Assembly (NCBI RefSeq): GCF_000008565.1
Contig: NC_001264.1
Location: forward strand, 217,418 to 249,417
Reading direction: 5' to 3'
Source: Deinococcus radiodurans R1 = ATCC 13939 = DSM 20539
Lineage (GTDB): Bacteria > Deinococcota > Deinococci > Deinococcales > Deinococcaceae
Length of the DNA stretch: 32,000 nt
Under the pieces are notes generated by a model, which was not told where the DNA came from, did no database searches, and saw only the letters and a program-made list of their open reading frames with translations. The position numbers and the translations under genes were made by a program. Below, in pieces: positions 1 through 10,472 of this stretch (within the stretch, counting starts at the first letter, position 1; every line of letters starts with the position of its first letter).

Positions 1-4
1 GTCC

Positions 5-1114
5 TTAACGGCTCTGGGTGTCGGCCGCGTCACGCAGGGCGTCGCCCATGAAGTTGAAGGCGAGGACGCTGATAAAGACGAAGAGGCCCGGCCACAGCAG
101 CCAGGGGTAACTGCTCACGACTTCGAGTTTGCTCGCGTCGCGCAGCAGCAGACCCCAGCTCGTCATCGGTTCCTTGATGCCCAGGCCCAGGAAACTGAGG
201 GTGCTTTCGCCCAGGATGTAGCCCGGCAGCGCCAGGGTCGCGGTGACGAGCAGAAACGAGCTGAGGTTGGGGGTGATGTGCCGCAGAATCACGCGCAGGT
301 TGCTCGCGCCCATCGCCTGCGCCGCCGACACGTAATCGAGGTTGCGTGCCGCGAGCACTTGCCCGCGCACCACCCGGGCCAGACTCGCCCAGCCGATCAG
401 CGCCAGCACCGCCACGATGCCGGTGTACACCCAGGTCGAGGGCCAGCGCGCCGGAATCAGCGTGGCGAGCGCCAGCAGAATCGGCAGGCGGGGAAAAGAC
501 AGCAGCACCTCCACCACCCGCTGAATCAGGGTGTCCACCCAGCCGCCGAAGTACCCGCTGACGCCGCCGAGCAGGATGCCGAGGGCAAACGAAATCAGCA
601 CGCCGACGACCCCCACCGTCATGCTCACCTGAGCGCCCACCAAAGTGCGTGAAAACAGGTCGCGCCCAAGCTGGTCGGTGCCAAAGAGGAAGAAGTAGCG
701 CGGCACCTTTTCCCCGTACTCGTCCTGACCATCCGGCACGCCGAAGAGGTGGCGGTCGGACTGAAGGCCCAGGAAGGAATAAGGCTCGCCCTTCACGAAA
801 AACTGGACCGGCAGCGGGTGCGCGGTGTCGGGCACCGTCTTCTTGGCGAAGGTCACCGGGTCGCGCTTGGTGGTCGAGCCGTAGACGAACGGGCGGTGCA
901 GGCGGCCCTGGTGGATGAGGTGCACCGTCTGCGGGCGTTGGTACTCGTAGCCCTCATGCTGGGTGGTGATGTTGTACGGCGCCAGAAAGGGCGAAAGCAG
1001 CGCGATAACGTAGAGCGCGATGAGCACCCACCCTGCAATCACGCCGGGCCGCGACTTGCGGTAGCGCCGCCACGCCATTTGCAGCGGGGTCCGGGTTTCG
1101 GGGCCGCCGGTCAC
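5..1114 (-). CDS. ABC transporter permease, peptide/nickel (DppC/OppC-like) family
   Basis: 369-aa ORF with multiple hydrophobic helices. The N-terminal segment 'RKSRPGVIAGWVLIALYVIALLSPFLAPY' is typical of OppC_N. A binding-protein-dependent transport signature lies around 'SAAQAMGASNLRVILRHITPN'. Its start overlaps the stop of the upstream permease by 4 nt (ATGA, 1111-1114). Confidence 0.85.
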   Translation of the reverse strand: MTGGPETRTPLQMAWRRYRKSRPGVIAGWVLIALYVIALLSPFLAPYNITTQHEGYEYQRPQTVHLIHQGRLHRPFVYGSTTKRDPVTFAKKTVPDTAHPLPVQFFVKGEPYSFLGLQSDRHLFGVPDGQDEYGEKVPRYFFLFGTDQLGRDLFSRTLVGAQVSMTVGVVGVLISFALGILLGGVSGYFGGWVDTLIQRVVEVLLSFPRLPILLALATLIPARWPSTWVYTGIVAVLALIGWASLARVVRGQVLAARNLDYVSAAQAMGASNLRVILRHITPNLSSFLLVTATLALPGYILGESTLSFLGLGIKEPMTSWGLLLRDASKLEVVSSYPWLLWPGLFVFISVLAFNFMGDALRDAADTQSR

Positions 1115-2082
1115 GAGTACCTCACGCGGGGGTCGGCCCAGGCGAGGGCGAGGTCGGAAAGCAGGTTGCCGATGAGCAGCAAGAAGGCCGAGAGCATCAG
1201 CAGGGTCATGGCGGTGTACTGGTCCTTGTTGAGCAGCGAATCGTAGAGCAGCGGCCCGATGGTGGGCAGGCTCATGACGATGGAAATGATGATGGTCCCA
1301 CTAATGAGCGTGGGCAGGCTGAGGCCCGCGAGGCTGATGAGCGGGTTGATGGCGTTGCGTACCGCGTGCTTCCAGATGACGCGGCCCTGCGGCAGGCCCT
1401 TTGCTTTGGCGGTGCGGATATAGTCCTGGCTCAGCACGTCGAGCGTGCTTGCCCGCATCTGGCGCATCAGGCCCGCCACGCCTTCGAGGCCCACCGCCAG
1501 CACCGGAATCCAGAGGTGCGCGAGCAGGTCGAGGACTTTGGCGAAAGACCACGGCGCGTCGATCATGTCGGGTCTGAACAGCCCGCCCACGTTCGTTCCG
1601 CCGAGCTGCCGCACCAGCACCACGAGCAGCAGCGCCGCCAGAAAGTCGGGAATGGCGAGGCCCACATAGCCCAGAAAGTTAGCGATTTGCGCGGGAATGC
1701 CGTAGCGGTTAAAAGCCGTGTAGATGCCGAGCGGCACCGCGATCAGCCACGTCAGCGCCAGCGTGAGCGCGGCGATAAACACCGTCCAGCCCAGCCGCTC
1801 GCCGATGATGGACGTGACCGGCGCCCCCGACGCGAAGGAGTACCCGAAATCGAGCCGCGTGACCACGCCGGTGATCCAGTTGAGGTACTGCTTCCACGCC
1901 GGCTGGTCGAGGCCGAGCTGCCGGGTGATGTTGGCGACGGTTTCCTTGGAGAACCGGGGGTCTTCGAGGTACTGGTCAATAAAAGAACCGGGCTGCAACT
2001 TGATGACGAGAAAGCACAGCACCGAGATCACGAGCAGGGTGGGAATCATGCCGAGGATGCGGCGCAGGGTGTAGTTCAGCAT
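1111..2082 (-). CDS. ABC transporter permease, peptide/nickel (DppB/OppB-like) family
   Basis: The ORF opens 'MLNYTLRRILGMIPTLLVISVLCFLVIKLQPGSF', the canonical DppB/OppB N-terminus. The 'YIRTAKAKGL' EAA-loop motif is present. I prefer ATG 2082; the track start at 2097 is a TTG five codons upstream. Confidence 0.85.
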   Translation of the reverse strand: MLNYTLRRILGMIPTLLVISVLCFLVIKLQPGSFIDQYLEDPRFSKETVANITRQLGLDQPAWKQYLNWITGVVTRLDFGYSFASGAPVTSIIGERLGWTVFIAALTLALTWLIAVPLGIYTAFNRYGIPAQIANFLGYVGLAIPDFLAALLLVVLVRQLGGTNVGGLFRPDMIDAPWSFAKVLDLLAHLWIPVLAVGLEGVAGLMRQMRASTLDVLSQDYIRTAKAKGLPQGRVIWKHAVRNAINPLISLAGLSLPTLISGTIIISIVMSLPTIGPLLYDSLLNKDQYTAMTLLMLSAFLLLIGNLLSDLALAWADPRVRYS

Positions 2083-2138
2083 GTGGCAACAAAGCAACAG
2101 GGAGAAAGCACAGGAAAAAACTCCTCACGGGAAAAAGA

Positions 2139-2210
2139 CCCCTCACCCCTTTGCTCCGCAAAGGCCCTCTCCCCTACGGAGAGGGAGGAAGCAGCGGAAG
2201 GGTGAGGGGC
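2139..2210. repeat. Small non-coding repeat (Deinococcus SNR-like), copy 1, nested hairpins
   Basis: The outer inverted repeat CCCCTCACCC (2139-2148) / GGGTGAGGGG (2200-2209) encloses two inner hairpins, CCTTTGC-TCCG-CAAAGG and CCCTCTCC-CCTAC-GGAGAGGG. The same module order recurs at 17256-17370 and 30746-30800. It lies between the binding-protein gene and the first permease gene. Confidence 0.8.
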
Positions 2211-2217
2211 CTTTTCC

Positions 2218-3965
<1,748 letters not shown>

Positions 3966-4011
3966 GGGTGTCCTCCAGAGAACGAGTTGTGAAAACTGGC
4001 GCCCAGCATAA

Positions 4012-4054
4012 GACCAATTGTGGTCCAATAACAAGACCTTTTCAGAATTGGTCC
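4012..4054. promoter_or_regulatory. Candidate HutC/GntR operator pair in the divergent control region
   Basis: Inverted repeat GACCA-ATTG-TGGTC at 4012-4025. The related word AATTG(T)GGTCC occurs at 4016-4026 and again as AATTGGTCC at 4046-4054. The second copy sits in the spacer of a putative promoter: TTCAGA at 4041-4046, a 16-nt spacer, then TACGGT at 4063-4068. TGGTC/GACCA cores are typical of HutC-subfamily operators. Confidence 0.4.
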
Positions 4055-4062
4055 GCAAGTGG

Positions 4063-4068
4063 TACGGT
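4063..4068 (+). promoter_or_regulatory. -10-like box TACGGT, 6 nt upstream of GTG 4075 (leaderless-type start)
   Basis: TANNNT hexamer at 4063-4068, spacer TGCGCC, then GTG 4075 in the regulator frame. No Shine-Dalgarno sequence is present. The same geometry occurs at four other genes in this window. Confidence 0.4.
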
Positions 4069-4074
4069 TGCGCC

Positions 4075-4857
4075 GTGTCCTCGCCTGCCCCTTTGCCGCC
4101 CGAGCCGCCCGCGTGGTGGGTCGCGCTCGACCCTGCCGACGCGGCCCCCGCCTACGTGCAGCTCGCGCAGGGGCTGCGGCGGCGCATCGAGAGTGGCGAG
4201 CTGAGCGCGGGCACCGCCCTGCCCGCCGAACGCGAACTCGCGGCGCGGCTCGGCGTGTCGCGGGTCACGCTGCGGCAAGGGCTGGGGCTGCTCGAAGCCG
4301 AGGGACTGCTGAGGCGGCGGCGCGGCAGCGGCACCTTCGTAGCGGGCACGCCGCACACCTCGCGCCAGCTTGGGCTGCTGAGTTCCTTTTCCGACGAGGT
4401 GCGCGCCCAGGGCGGGGTGCCGGGTGCCCGCGTCCTGAGCTTCACGCAGGGCCGCCCCACGCCCCAGGAAGCGCTGAGTCTGGGCCTGACCGCCGCCGAG
4501 CAGGTCTACCGCCTGCGCCGGCTTCGCACCTCGGACGGCGACCCGCTGGCGGTGGAAGACAGCACGCTGCCCGCCGCCCTGATTGGCCCGCTGACGGCGC
4601 AGGACGTGACCGACGCCAGCCTGTACGGGCTGCTGGGCCAGCGGCACCTCGCCCCGGCGCGCGCCATTCGGCACCTGCGGGCGCAAAACGCCTCGGCGGA
4701 ACTCGCGCACCTCCTCGGCGTGCCGCTCGGCGCCGCGCTGCTCACCACCGAGCGGGTGTCGTGGCTCGCCTCCGGACGCCCGGTGGAGTACGCCCGCGCC
4801 TGCTACCGGGGCGACCGCTACGACTTCGTGATGGACCTGCGCGGAGAGGACCACTGA
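4075..4857 (+). CDS. GntR-family transcriptional regulator, HutC subfamily (wHTH + UTRA effector domain)
   Basis: The wHTH region is '[64 protein letters not shown]'. The C-terminal ~150 aa have a UTRA-like pattern, ending '...[19 protein letters not shown]'. The start is uncertain: the track uses TTG 4018, and I prefer GTG 4075. The stop overlaps the anmK start (TGATG, 4855-4859). Confidence 0.85.
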   Translation: MSSPAPLPPEPPAWWVALDPADAAPAYVQLAQGLRRRIESGELSAGTALPAERELAARLGVSRVTLRQGLGLLEAEGLLRRRRGSGTFVAGTPHTSRQLGLLSSFSDEVRAQGGVPGARVLSFTQGRPTPQEALSLGLTAAEQVYRLRRLRTSDGDPLAVEDSTLPAALIGPLTAQDVTDASLYGLLGQRHLAPARAIRHLRAQNASAELAHLLGVPLGAALLTTERVSWLASGRPVEYARACYRGDRYDFVMDLRGEDH

Positions 4858-6060
4858 TGCGCCCACCCCACGTTCTCGGCCTGATGAGCGGCACCAGCGC
4901 CGACGGGATAGACGCCGCGCTGCTCGAACTTCCCGGCTGGCCGGAGCTTGTCGTCAATGCTGCCGAGCGTGAGCAAATGTTCCCGAAGCTGACCGACTTT
5001 CCCACTGGAAAACCGCGTGGCCGGGTGGTCGCCCACACCTTCACTCCCTACTCGCCGGAACTGCGCGGGCGCGTGCTGCGGGCCATGCAGGGAGAAGCGC
5101 AGACCGCCGAGCTGACGCAACTGCACTGGGACCTCGGCGCGGCGCTGGCGGGGGCCGCCCGTGACCTAGCCCCACAAGCCGACCTGATTGCCAGCCACGG
5201 GCAGACGGTGCAGCACCACCCCCGCCCCGACCCCGCACGCGGCTGGGCGCGGCCCGCCACCCTGCAACTCGGTGAGGCGGCGCTGATTGCCGAGGTGACA
5301 GGGAGGCCGGTGGTGGCCGACTTTCGTCCGGCGGACCTCGCAGCGGGGGGCGTGGGAGCGCCGCTGGTGCCGTTCGCCGACTGGGCGATGTTCGCTGAAG
5401 GACGGCAAAAAGCGTGTCCTGCTCAACGTGGGCGGGCTGGCGAACATCACCTTTTTGCCCAGCCTAGATGCAGGCGGCCTGGACGCGGGCGGCGTGGTCG
5501 CCTTCGACACCGGCCCCGGCAACTGCCTGCTCGACGAACTTGCCGGGCAGGTGGGCCAAAGCTGCGACGAGGACGGACGACTGGCCGCGCAGGGCCGCGA
5601 GGACGCCGCGACGTTGGAGCGCTGGCTGGCCCACCCCGAACTGGCCGCGCCGCCGCCCAAAGCCACCGGGCGCGAGGTGTGGACGCTCGCGCGGTTGCCA
5701 GCGCCGACTCCCGGCCTCCCTCTGAGCGACCTCGCCGCCACCGCGACCCGGCTGACCGCCCGCAGCGTGGCCGGGGCGCTGCGCTTTCTCCCTGGCCCGC
5801 CGGATGAAGTCGTCATTGCCGGAGGCGGGGCCAGAAACCCGGTGCTGCTGCGAATGCTGCAAGACGAAGTCGGGGCCGTTCCGCTCAGAACGTTTGCCGA
5901 CCTCGGCTGGGACCGCTGCGGCTGGACCGACGCCACCCGCGAGGCCGCCGCCTTCGCCTTTCTCGGCTACGCCCACGCGCAGGGCTGGCCCAACACGCTG
6001 CCGCAGACGACCGGAGCGCGGCGGGCGGTCAGCGGCGGCAAAATTTCGCTGCCCGGCTGA
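4857..6060 (+). pseudogene. anmK: Anhydro-N-acetylmuramic acid kinase, frameshifted (or sequencing error)
   Basis: The N-terminal part is '[24 protein letters not shown]...[25 protein letters not shown]', which carries AnmK signatures. Sense is lost after 'AEGRQK'. It resumes in the +1 frame as '[17 protein letters not shown]...[12 protein letters not shown]...[13 protein letters not shown]'. The switch is at the A5 run 5407-5411, and removing one A restores '[13 protein letters not shown]'. The 582-aa track ORF 4059..5807 is a chimera of out-of-frame regulator sequence plus this N-terminal part. Confidence 0.85.
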
Positions 6061-6110
6061 ATAGCCTCCATCCTCTTTCCCTCTGCAATTTCCCTCCCCA
6101 AAGGACCCTC

Positions 6111-7028
6111 ATGACCGACCCGCGCCGCACCGAACAGGTTCACCCCGACTACGCCGACCTCGACACCCTGGCCCCCGACGCGCTGATTGCGGCGCTGGCC
6201 GACGACCAGTTGGGCGCGGTGAGGGCGGTACAGGCGGCGGCCCCGCAGCTCACGGCGGCGCTGAACGCGGCGGTGCCCCAGCTGGAGCGCGGCGGGCGGC
6301 TGGTCTACGTGGGCGCGGGAACGAGCGGGCGGCTGGGCGTGCTCGACGCCACCGAACTCACCCCCACCTTTTCCTGGCCACCTGAGCGCGCCGTGCCCTT
6401 GATTGCCGGGGGCGAGCGGGCCATCCGGCAGGCGGTGGAAGGAGCCGAGGACGACGAAGCGGCGGGCGAGCGCGACGTGCAGGCGGTGAACATCGGCCCC
6501 GACGACGTGCTGATCGCGGTGGCGGCGAGCGGGACGACGCCGTATGTCCTCGGCGCGGCGCGCTCAGGCCGGGCGGCGGGGGCGCTGACCGTGGGCCTCG
6601 CCAACAATCCGGGGGCGCCCCTGCTCGCGGCGGTGGACTGCCCGGTGTTGCTCGACACCGGCCCCGAAATCATCAGCGGCAGTACGCGGCTCAAGGCGGG
6701 TACGGCGCAAAAAATCGCGCTGAACACACTGTCGAGCGCCCTGATGGTGCGTCTGGGCAAGCTCTACGGCAACCTGATGGTGGACGTGCGCGCCACCAAC
6801 GCCAAGCTGGAAGACCGGGCGCGGCGGCTGGTGCAGCACGCGACGGGGGCCGACGCCGACGCTGCCCAGGCCGCGCTGAGCGAGTGCGGCGGCAGCGTGA
6901 AAACCGCGCTGGTGATGCTCAAACTCGGCCTCGGGGCGCAGGAAGCGGCGCAGCGGCTGGAAGGGGCCGGGGGCCATGCACGGCAGGTACTGGGAGAAGG
7001 GGAAGCGCTCGGCACTTCGGCTTCCTGA
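6111..7028 (+). CDS. murQ: N-acetylmuramic acid 6-phosphate etherase (SIS domain)
   Basis: 305 aa. 'YVGAGTSGRLGVLDATELTPTFSWP', 'AIRQAVEGAEDD', 'IAVAASGTTPYV' and 'ISGSTRLKAGTAQKIALNTLS' are characteristic MurQ motifs. The ATG is preceded by AAAGGA. Confidence 0.9.
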   Translation: MTDPRRTEQVHPDYADLDTLAPDALIAALADDQLGAVRAVQAAAPQLTAALNAAVPQLERGGRLVYVGAGTSGRLGVLDATELTPTFSWPPERAVPLIAGGERAIRQAVEGAEDDEAAGERDVQAVNIGPDDVLIAVAASGTTPYVLGAARSGRAAGALTVGLANNPGAPLLAAVDCPVLLDTGPEIISGSTRLKAGTAQKIALNTLSSALMVRLGKLYGNLMVDVRATNAKLEDRARRLVQHATGADADAAQAALSECGGSVKTALVMLKLGLGAQEAAQRLEGAGGHARQVLGEGEALGTSAS

Positions 7029-7030
7029 CC

Positions 7031-7048
7031 GTTCCTCAGCCGAGGAAC
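7031..7048. terminator. Short hairpin between convergent murQ and wrbA
   Basis: GTTCCTC-AGCC-GAGGAAC: a 7-bp stem with a 4-nt loop. It fills almost the whole 21-nt gap between the two stop codons. The stem is short and there is no long U-tract, so terminator function is tentative. Confidence 0.35.
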
Positions 7049-7049
7049 T

Positions 7050-7652
7050 TCAGCCGAGCAGCTTCGCCGTCAACTCCACCTGCCGCCTGACCTGATGGCG
7101 GATGCTCGCCCGGTCATTCTCCAGCAGCGGCTGGCCGTTGGCGGTTACGCTCGCGCCGTAGGGGTTGCCACCGGACTTGAAAATCACCTCGTCGGTGTAG
7201 CCGGGAGGCGTCAGAACCGCGCCCCAGTGCATCGCCGTCATGTACAGCGTTTGCAGGGTAGTTTCCTGGCCGCCGTTGACATTCTGGGCCGAAGTCATTG
7301 CGCTGAAGGTCTTGTTCGCCAGTTTGCCGCTTGACCACAGGCCGCCGAGGGTGTCGATGAACGCCCGCATCTGGCTCGTCGCGCCGCCGAAACGGGTGGG
7401 CGAGCTGAACACGATGGCTTCGGCCCATTCGAGGTCGGCGGGGGTCGCCTCTGGTACGTCTTTCATCGCCTCGATGTTGGCTTTCCAGGCGTCCTGGCCG
7501 TCAATCACGTCTTGCGGAGCAGTTTCGCGCACCTTGAGCAGCCGCACCTCGGCCCCGGCGGCGCGGCCCGCCTCGGCGGCTTCCTGGGCCATGGCGTAGC
7601 CGGTGCCGGTGCTGGAATAAAAGACGATGGCGAGCTTGACAGGAGCGGTCAT
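7050..7652 (-). CDS. wrbA: NAD(P)H:quinone oxidoreductase, WrbA type (flavodoxin-like fold)
   Basis: 200 aa. '[24 protein letters not shown]', '[28 protein letters not shown]' and 'GGQETT' align by eye with E. coli WrbA blocks. Confidence 0.85.
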   Translation of the reverse strand: MTAPVKLAIVFYSSTGTGYAMAQEAAEAGRAAGAEVRLLKVRETAPQDVIDGQDAWKANIEAMKDVPEATPADLEWAEAIVFSSPTRFGGATSQMRAFIDTLGGLWSSGKLANKTFSAMTSAQNVNGGQETTLQTLYMTAMHWGAVLTPPGYTDEVIFKSGGNPYGASVTANGQPLLENDRASIRHQVRRQVELTAKLLG

Positions 7653-7658
7653 GGCGTC

Positions 7659-7664
7659 ACCATA
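7659..7664 (-). promoter_or_regulatory. -10-like box TATGGT, 6 nt upstream of the wrbA ATG (leaderless-type start)
   Basis: The minus strand reads cgcTATGGTgacgccATGacc. No Shine-Dalgarno sequence is present. Confidence 0.4.
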
Positions 7665-7735
7665 GCGGACCGGGCGGCAGGTGGAACGTCACTTCAAAGG
7701 GCGCCGGAACGACAGAGCGGCGCGCGGGCAGCGGC

Positions 7736-7741
7736 TAGACT
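7736..7741 (+). promoter_or_regulatory. -10-like box TAGACT, 7 nt upstream of ATG 7749 (leaderless-type start)
   Basis: The sequence reads ggcTAGACTccggcgcATGacc. No Shine-Dalgarno sequence is present. Confidence 0.35.
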
Positions 7742-7748
7742 CCGGCGC

Positions 7749-8313
7749 ATGACCGGAGCGGGCGTCGAGGAGCTGCTGCACGAGTTTCAGGGTTACGTGC
7801 TGGCCTACCGCCTGCGCCGCGCGGTGGGCGGACGGGTGGCTCCGCGCGGGCAGAGCGCTTACGCTGGGCGAGTACGCCCGCAAACGGCTGGAGCGCCAGC
7901 AACTCGCCCGCGACCTGGTGGGCGGGGGGCTCCATCCCCGGCAACTCGGGCACCTCGACCGGCTGTCCGACGAGCTGATGTTCGGCTTCTGGCTCAACCC
8001 GCGCGAAGTGGCGGCCTTTTTGAAGGGGGCGGGTCTGAACGCGGCGGGCCTGACTGGAATGGGATGGGGCACGCCTCACCCGGCGCTGGGCGACCCGGCG
8101 GCTTTTGCGGCGCTGCTGAGTGACAACGAGCAGGCGCGGCTCGGCGACCTCGGCGTGCGGCTGGTGGTCGCGCACCACCTCACTTGCCTGACGCTGGGCG
8201 CGCCGCTGCTTGACCCGAACGACACCGAGCGCGTGTGGCAACGCATCGAGGCGACGCGGCCCCCGCTGTTCGTGGACGAAGTGATGGCGGGACGCGAGGA
8301 CGAAGGCGCCTAA
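7749..8313 (+). pseudogene. Hypothetical protein, apparent +1 frameshift near 7830-7850 (or sequencing error)
   Basis: The frame from ATG 7749 ('MTGAGVEELLHEFQGYVLAYRLRRAVGG') has G/C-rich third positions until about 7835, then loses that bias. The +1 frame is open from 7753. It gains the bias at about the same place and continues as 'WLRAGRALTLGEYARKRLERQQLARDLVGGG...LSDELMFGFWLNPREVAAFL...' to the stop at 8313. It has no ATG or GTG before 7918. I did not recognise a family. Confidence 0.45.
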
Positions 8314-8321
8314 GCTAAGGC

Positions 8322-9323
8322 ATGGACATTCCCGACTCGACCGCCCGCCTGCTGCGTTCCCTCACCGACTCGCGGGCGCTTTCCGGCGCGGCGCTGGGGG
8401 TGGTCAATAGCGCGGGCGAGCGGGCGACGCTGGTGCTGGGCCACGCGCAACTGACGCCGGAAACGCACCCGCTGACGCCGGAGCACTGGTTCGACCTCGC
8501 CAGCCTGACCAAACCGCTGTTCACCGCGCGCGAGGTGCTGCGGGCCGCCGAGCGCGGGCAACTCGACGTGGACGACCCGCTCGCCGCCCACCTGCCCGAA
8601 ACGGCGGAGCTGCCGCTGGGCGAGCGCACGCTGCGGCAACTGCTGAGCCACTCGGCGGGGGTTCCGGCGGGCGGGTTCCTGCCACTGCACGAGTGGGGCG
8701 ACCCGGCGGCCATTCGCGCCCGGCTGCCGCTCGAATCCTGGGAACTGCGGGAGCCGGGCGAGGCAGAGTATTCCGACCTGGGGTACCTGCTGCTGGGGCT
8801 GGTGCTCGAACGGGTGAGCGGACGACCCCTGGGCGAGTTCGCGCTGGACGCGGAGCTGACCTTTGTTCCTGACCCCGCCCATGCCGTCGCCACCGAGGAC
8901 TGCCCCTGGCGCGGGCGCGTGCTGCGCGGCGAGGTGCACGACGAAAAGGCGTTCGCGCTCGGTGGTCCGGCGGGGCACGCGGGGCTGTTCGGGACGCTCG
9001 ACGGGGTGCTTGCCCAGGCAGAACGGCTGCTGCGCGGCGGCTGGCTAGGTAAGGCAGCGCAGGCGGCAGCGGTGCGTCCCGAAAGCGGTGGCCATACCCT
9101 CGCCTTCGTGCAATCGCAGCCCGGCTGGAGCGGCGGCAGCCTGTGCAGCGCGCGGGCCTTCGGGCACACCGGCTTTACCGGCACCGGGCTGTGGGTGGAC
9201 CCGGAGTACGGGTTGGCCTGGACGCTCCTCACCAATCGGGTGCATCCGAGCCGGCACACGAGCATCGACACCCAGGCGCTCAGGCGGGCGGTGGGAAATA
9301 CCTTGCTGGCTGAGTTGGGCTGA
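8322..9323 (+). CDS. Serine hydrolase, beta-lactamase/transpeptidase-like family
   Basis: 333 aa. The S-x-x-K nucleophile motif is 'ASLTKPLF'. The second motif is 'YSDLGYLLLG'. The third box is 'GHTGFTGTGLWVDP', the KTG-equivalent HTG. Confidence 0.8.
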   Translation: MDIPDSTARLLRSLTDSRALSGAALGVVNSAGERATLVLGHAQLTPETHPLTPEHWFDLASLTKPLFTAREVLRAAERGQLDVDDPLAAHLPETAELPLGERTLRQLLSHSAGVPAGGFLPLHEWGDPAAIRARLPLESWELREPGEAEYSDLGYLLLGLVLERVSGRPLGEFALDAELTFVPDPAHAVATEDCPWRGRVLRGEVHDEKAFALGGPAGHAGLFGTLDGVLAQAERLLRGGWLGKAAQAAAVRPESGGHTLAFVQSQPGWSGGSLCSARAFGHTGFTGTGLWVDPEYGLAWTLLTNRVHPSRHTSIDTQALRRAVGNTLLAELG

Positions 9324-9326
9324 ACT

Positions 9327-10415
9327 TCACCCCGCCCCGAACGCCAGATACAGCCGCGCGAGCAGCGCCGGGTCGGTCAGCGAGCCGCCGAGCACTTCCT
9401 CGGCGCGGCGCAGGCGGTAGCGCAACGTGTTGACGTGAACGTGCTGCCGAGCGGCGAGTTCATTCAGCGTGCCCCGGTGGGCGAGGTAGGCGCGCAGGGT
9501 GGCCTCGGTGCGCCCATCGTCGCCCAGGGCCGCGAGCCGGGCGAGGGTCTGGCTTCGCAGCGTGTCGAGCGCCCCGCCCGTCAGCAGGGCGTAGAGCGGG
9601 TCGAGTTCGCCGAAGACCTGCACGCCACCGCTCGCTGGAACGGCGGCGAGGGCCTGCCGTGCCTCGGCGTGGGCAGCGGCCAGGGCGCGGCCCCGGTGCA
9701 GCCCGCCCACCCCCAGCCGCACCGGCTGCCCGGTGGACTCGGTGAGCGCGGCGTAGAGTTCGGCGGCCTCGCGCTGCACGTCGGCGGCGGGCCACAGCCA
9801 CAGCGCCCGCTCTCCTGTGGCCCGGTCTCCTGCCGTCCCGTCCCCTTGCACCGTGCACAGTCCGCGCCGCCCACTGCCGACGAGGTAGCCTTCCCCCGCC
9901 CCGGCGAGCACGTCGAGCGCGTGGGCCTGTGCCGCCCGCGCACTCGCGCCGCTGCCGAAGTCCTGGGCGAGCGCGGCCACCGCCACCACGTAGGCTTCGT
10001 CGCCCAGCGCGGCGGGGTCGCCCTGGCCGGAGAGCAGCGCGTCGAGGGTTCGTTCTCCCACCCGGCGGCGGGCGGCCCCGGCAGCGGCACTTTGCAGCCG
10101 CGAGAGCAGCGCGTACTCGGCGGCGAGCGGGCCGAGCGCGGTCCATTCGGGCGGTGCCCACAGCGTCAGACGTCCCACCTGTCGGCGGCCATGCGCGAGG
10201 GGAAAGGGCTGGCCTTCTCCCTCCTGTACGCCTGCTGCCGCCACCACCTCGCCCCAGCTCGCCCGGATTTCGGCGCCGCCCCCGGTCAATTCGGCGAGTT
10301 GCCGCACCAGCGCCCGCTCGGGCTGCGGGCCGGTGGCCGCCTGCCGAAGCTGGCCGAGCAGCGCGAGCAACCCTGGCTCGGCCAGCAGGCGGGCCAGCGA
10401 TAGGGGGCGGGACAT
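9327..10415 (-). CDS. PucR/CdaR-family transcriptional regulator
   Basis: The C-terminus 'LRAYLAHRGTLNELAARQHVHVNTLRYRLRRAEEVLGGSLTDPALLARLYLAF' is the PucR C-terminal HTH. The realistic start is 'MSRPLSLARLLAEPG' at ATG 10415, with an alternative ATG at 10427. The 666-aa track ORF extends spuriously, antisense into the neighbouring gene. Confidence 0.8.
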   Translation of the reverse strand: MSRPLSLARLLAEPGLLALLGQLRQAATGPQPERALVRQLAELTGGGAEIRASWGEVVAAAGVQEGEGQPFPLAHGRRQVGRLTLWAPPEWTALGPLAAEYALLSRLQSAAAGAARRRVGERTLDALLSGQGDPAALGDEAYVVAVAALAQDFGSGASARAAQAHALDVLAGAGEGYLVGSGRRGLCTVQGDGTAGDRATGERALWLWPAADVQREAAELYAALTESTGQPVRLGVGGLHRGRALAAAHAEARQALAAVPASGGVQVFGELDPLYALLTGGALDTLRSQTLARLAALGDDGRTEATLRAYLAHRGTLNELAARQHVHVNTLRYRLRRAEEVLGGSLTDPALLARLYLAFGAG

Positions 10416-10422
10416 GACCCGC

Positions 10423-10428
10423 AGCATA
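10423..10428 (-). promoter_or_regulatory. -10-like box TATGCT, 7 nt upstream of ATG 10415 (leaderless-type start)
   Basis: The minus strand reads ggcTATGCTgcgggtcATGtcc. The box contains the alternative ATG 10427. Confidence 0.35.
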
Positions 10429-10472
10429 GCCGGGCACGCCCGCCACGGCGCAAGGTGCATAGTGGGGGCACG

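Noticed and set aside
2139-2210. Possibility that the three related repeats (2139, 17256, 30746) are a CRISPR array or IS/MITE termini
   Set aside because: The copies are 13-15 kb apart rather than regularly spaced with short spacers, so this is not a CRISPR array. I saw no flanking target-site duplication, and no transposase is in the window. They fit dispersed REP/SNR-type elements better. A MITE origin cannot be excluded.
4059-5807. 582-aa ORF, the longest + strand ORF in this region
   Set aside because: It is a chimera. Its first ~265 residues are an Arg/Ala/Pro-rich out-of-frame reading of the GntR regulator gene. The middle is the genuine AnmK N-terminal part. The tail is the out-of-frame continuation past the frameshift at 5407-5411. 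I replaced it with the regulator CDS plus the frameshifted anmK.
9321-9329. The 3-bp gap between convergent stop codons (8322..9323 + and 9327..10415 -) as a special regulatory feature
   Set aside because: Tight convergent gene ends are common in compact GC-rich genomes. Nothing in the sequence beyond the spacing itself suggests a dedicated element. It is mentioned only within the regulator finding.
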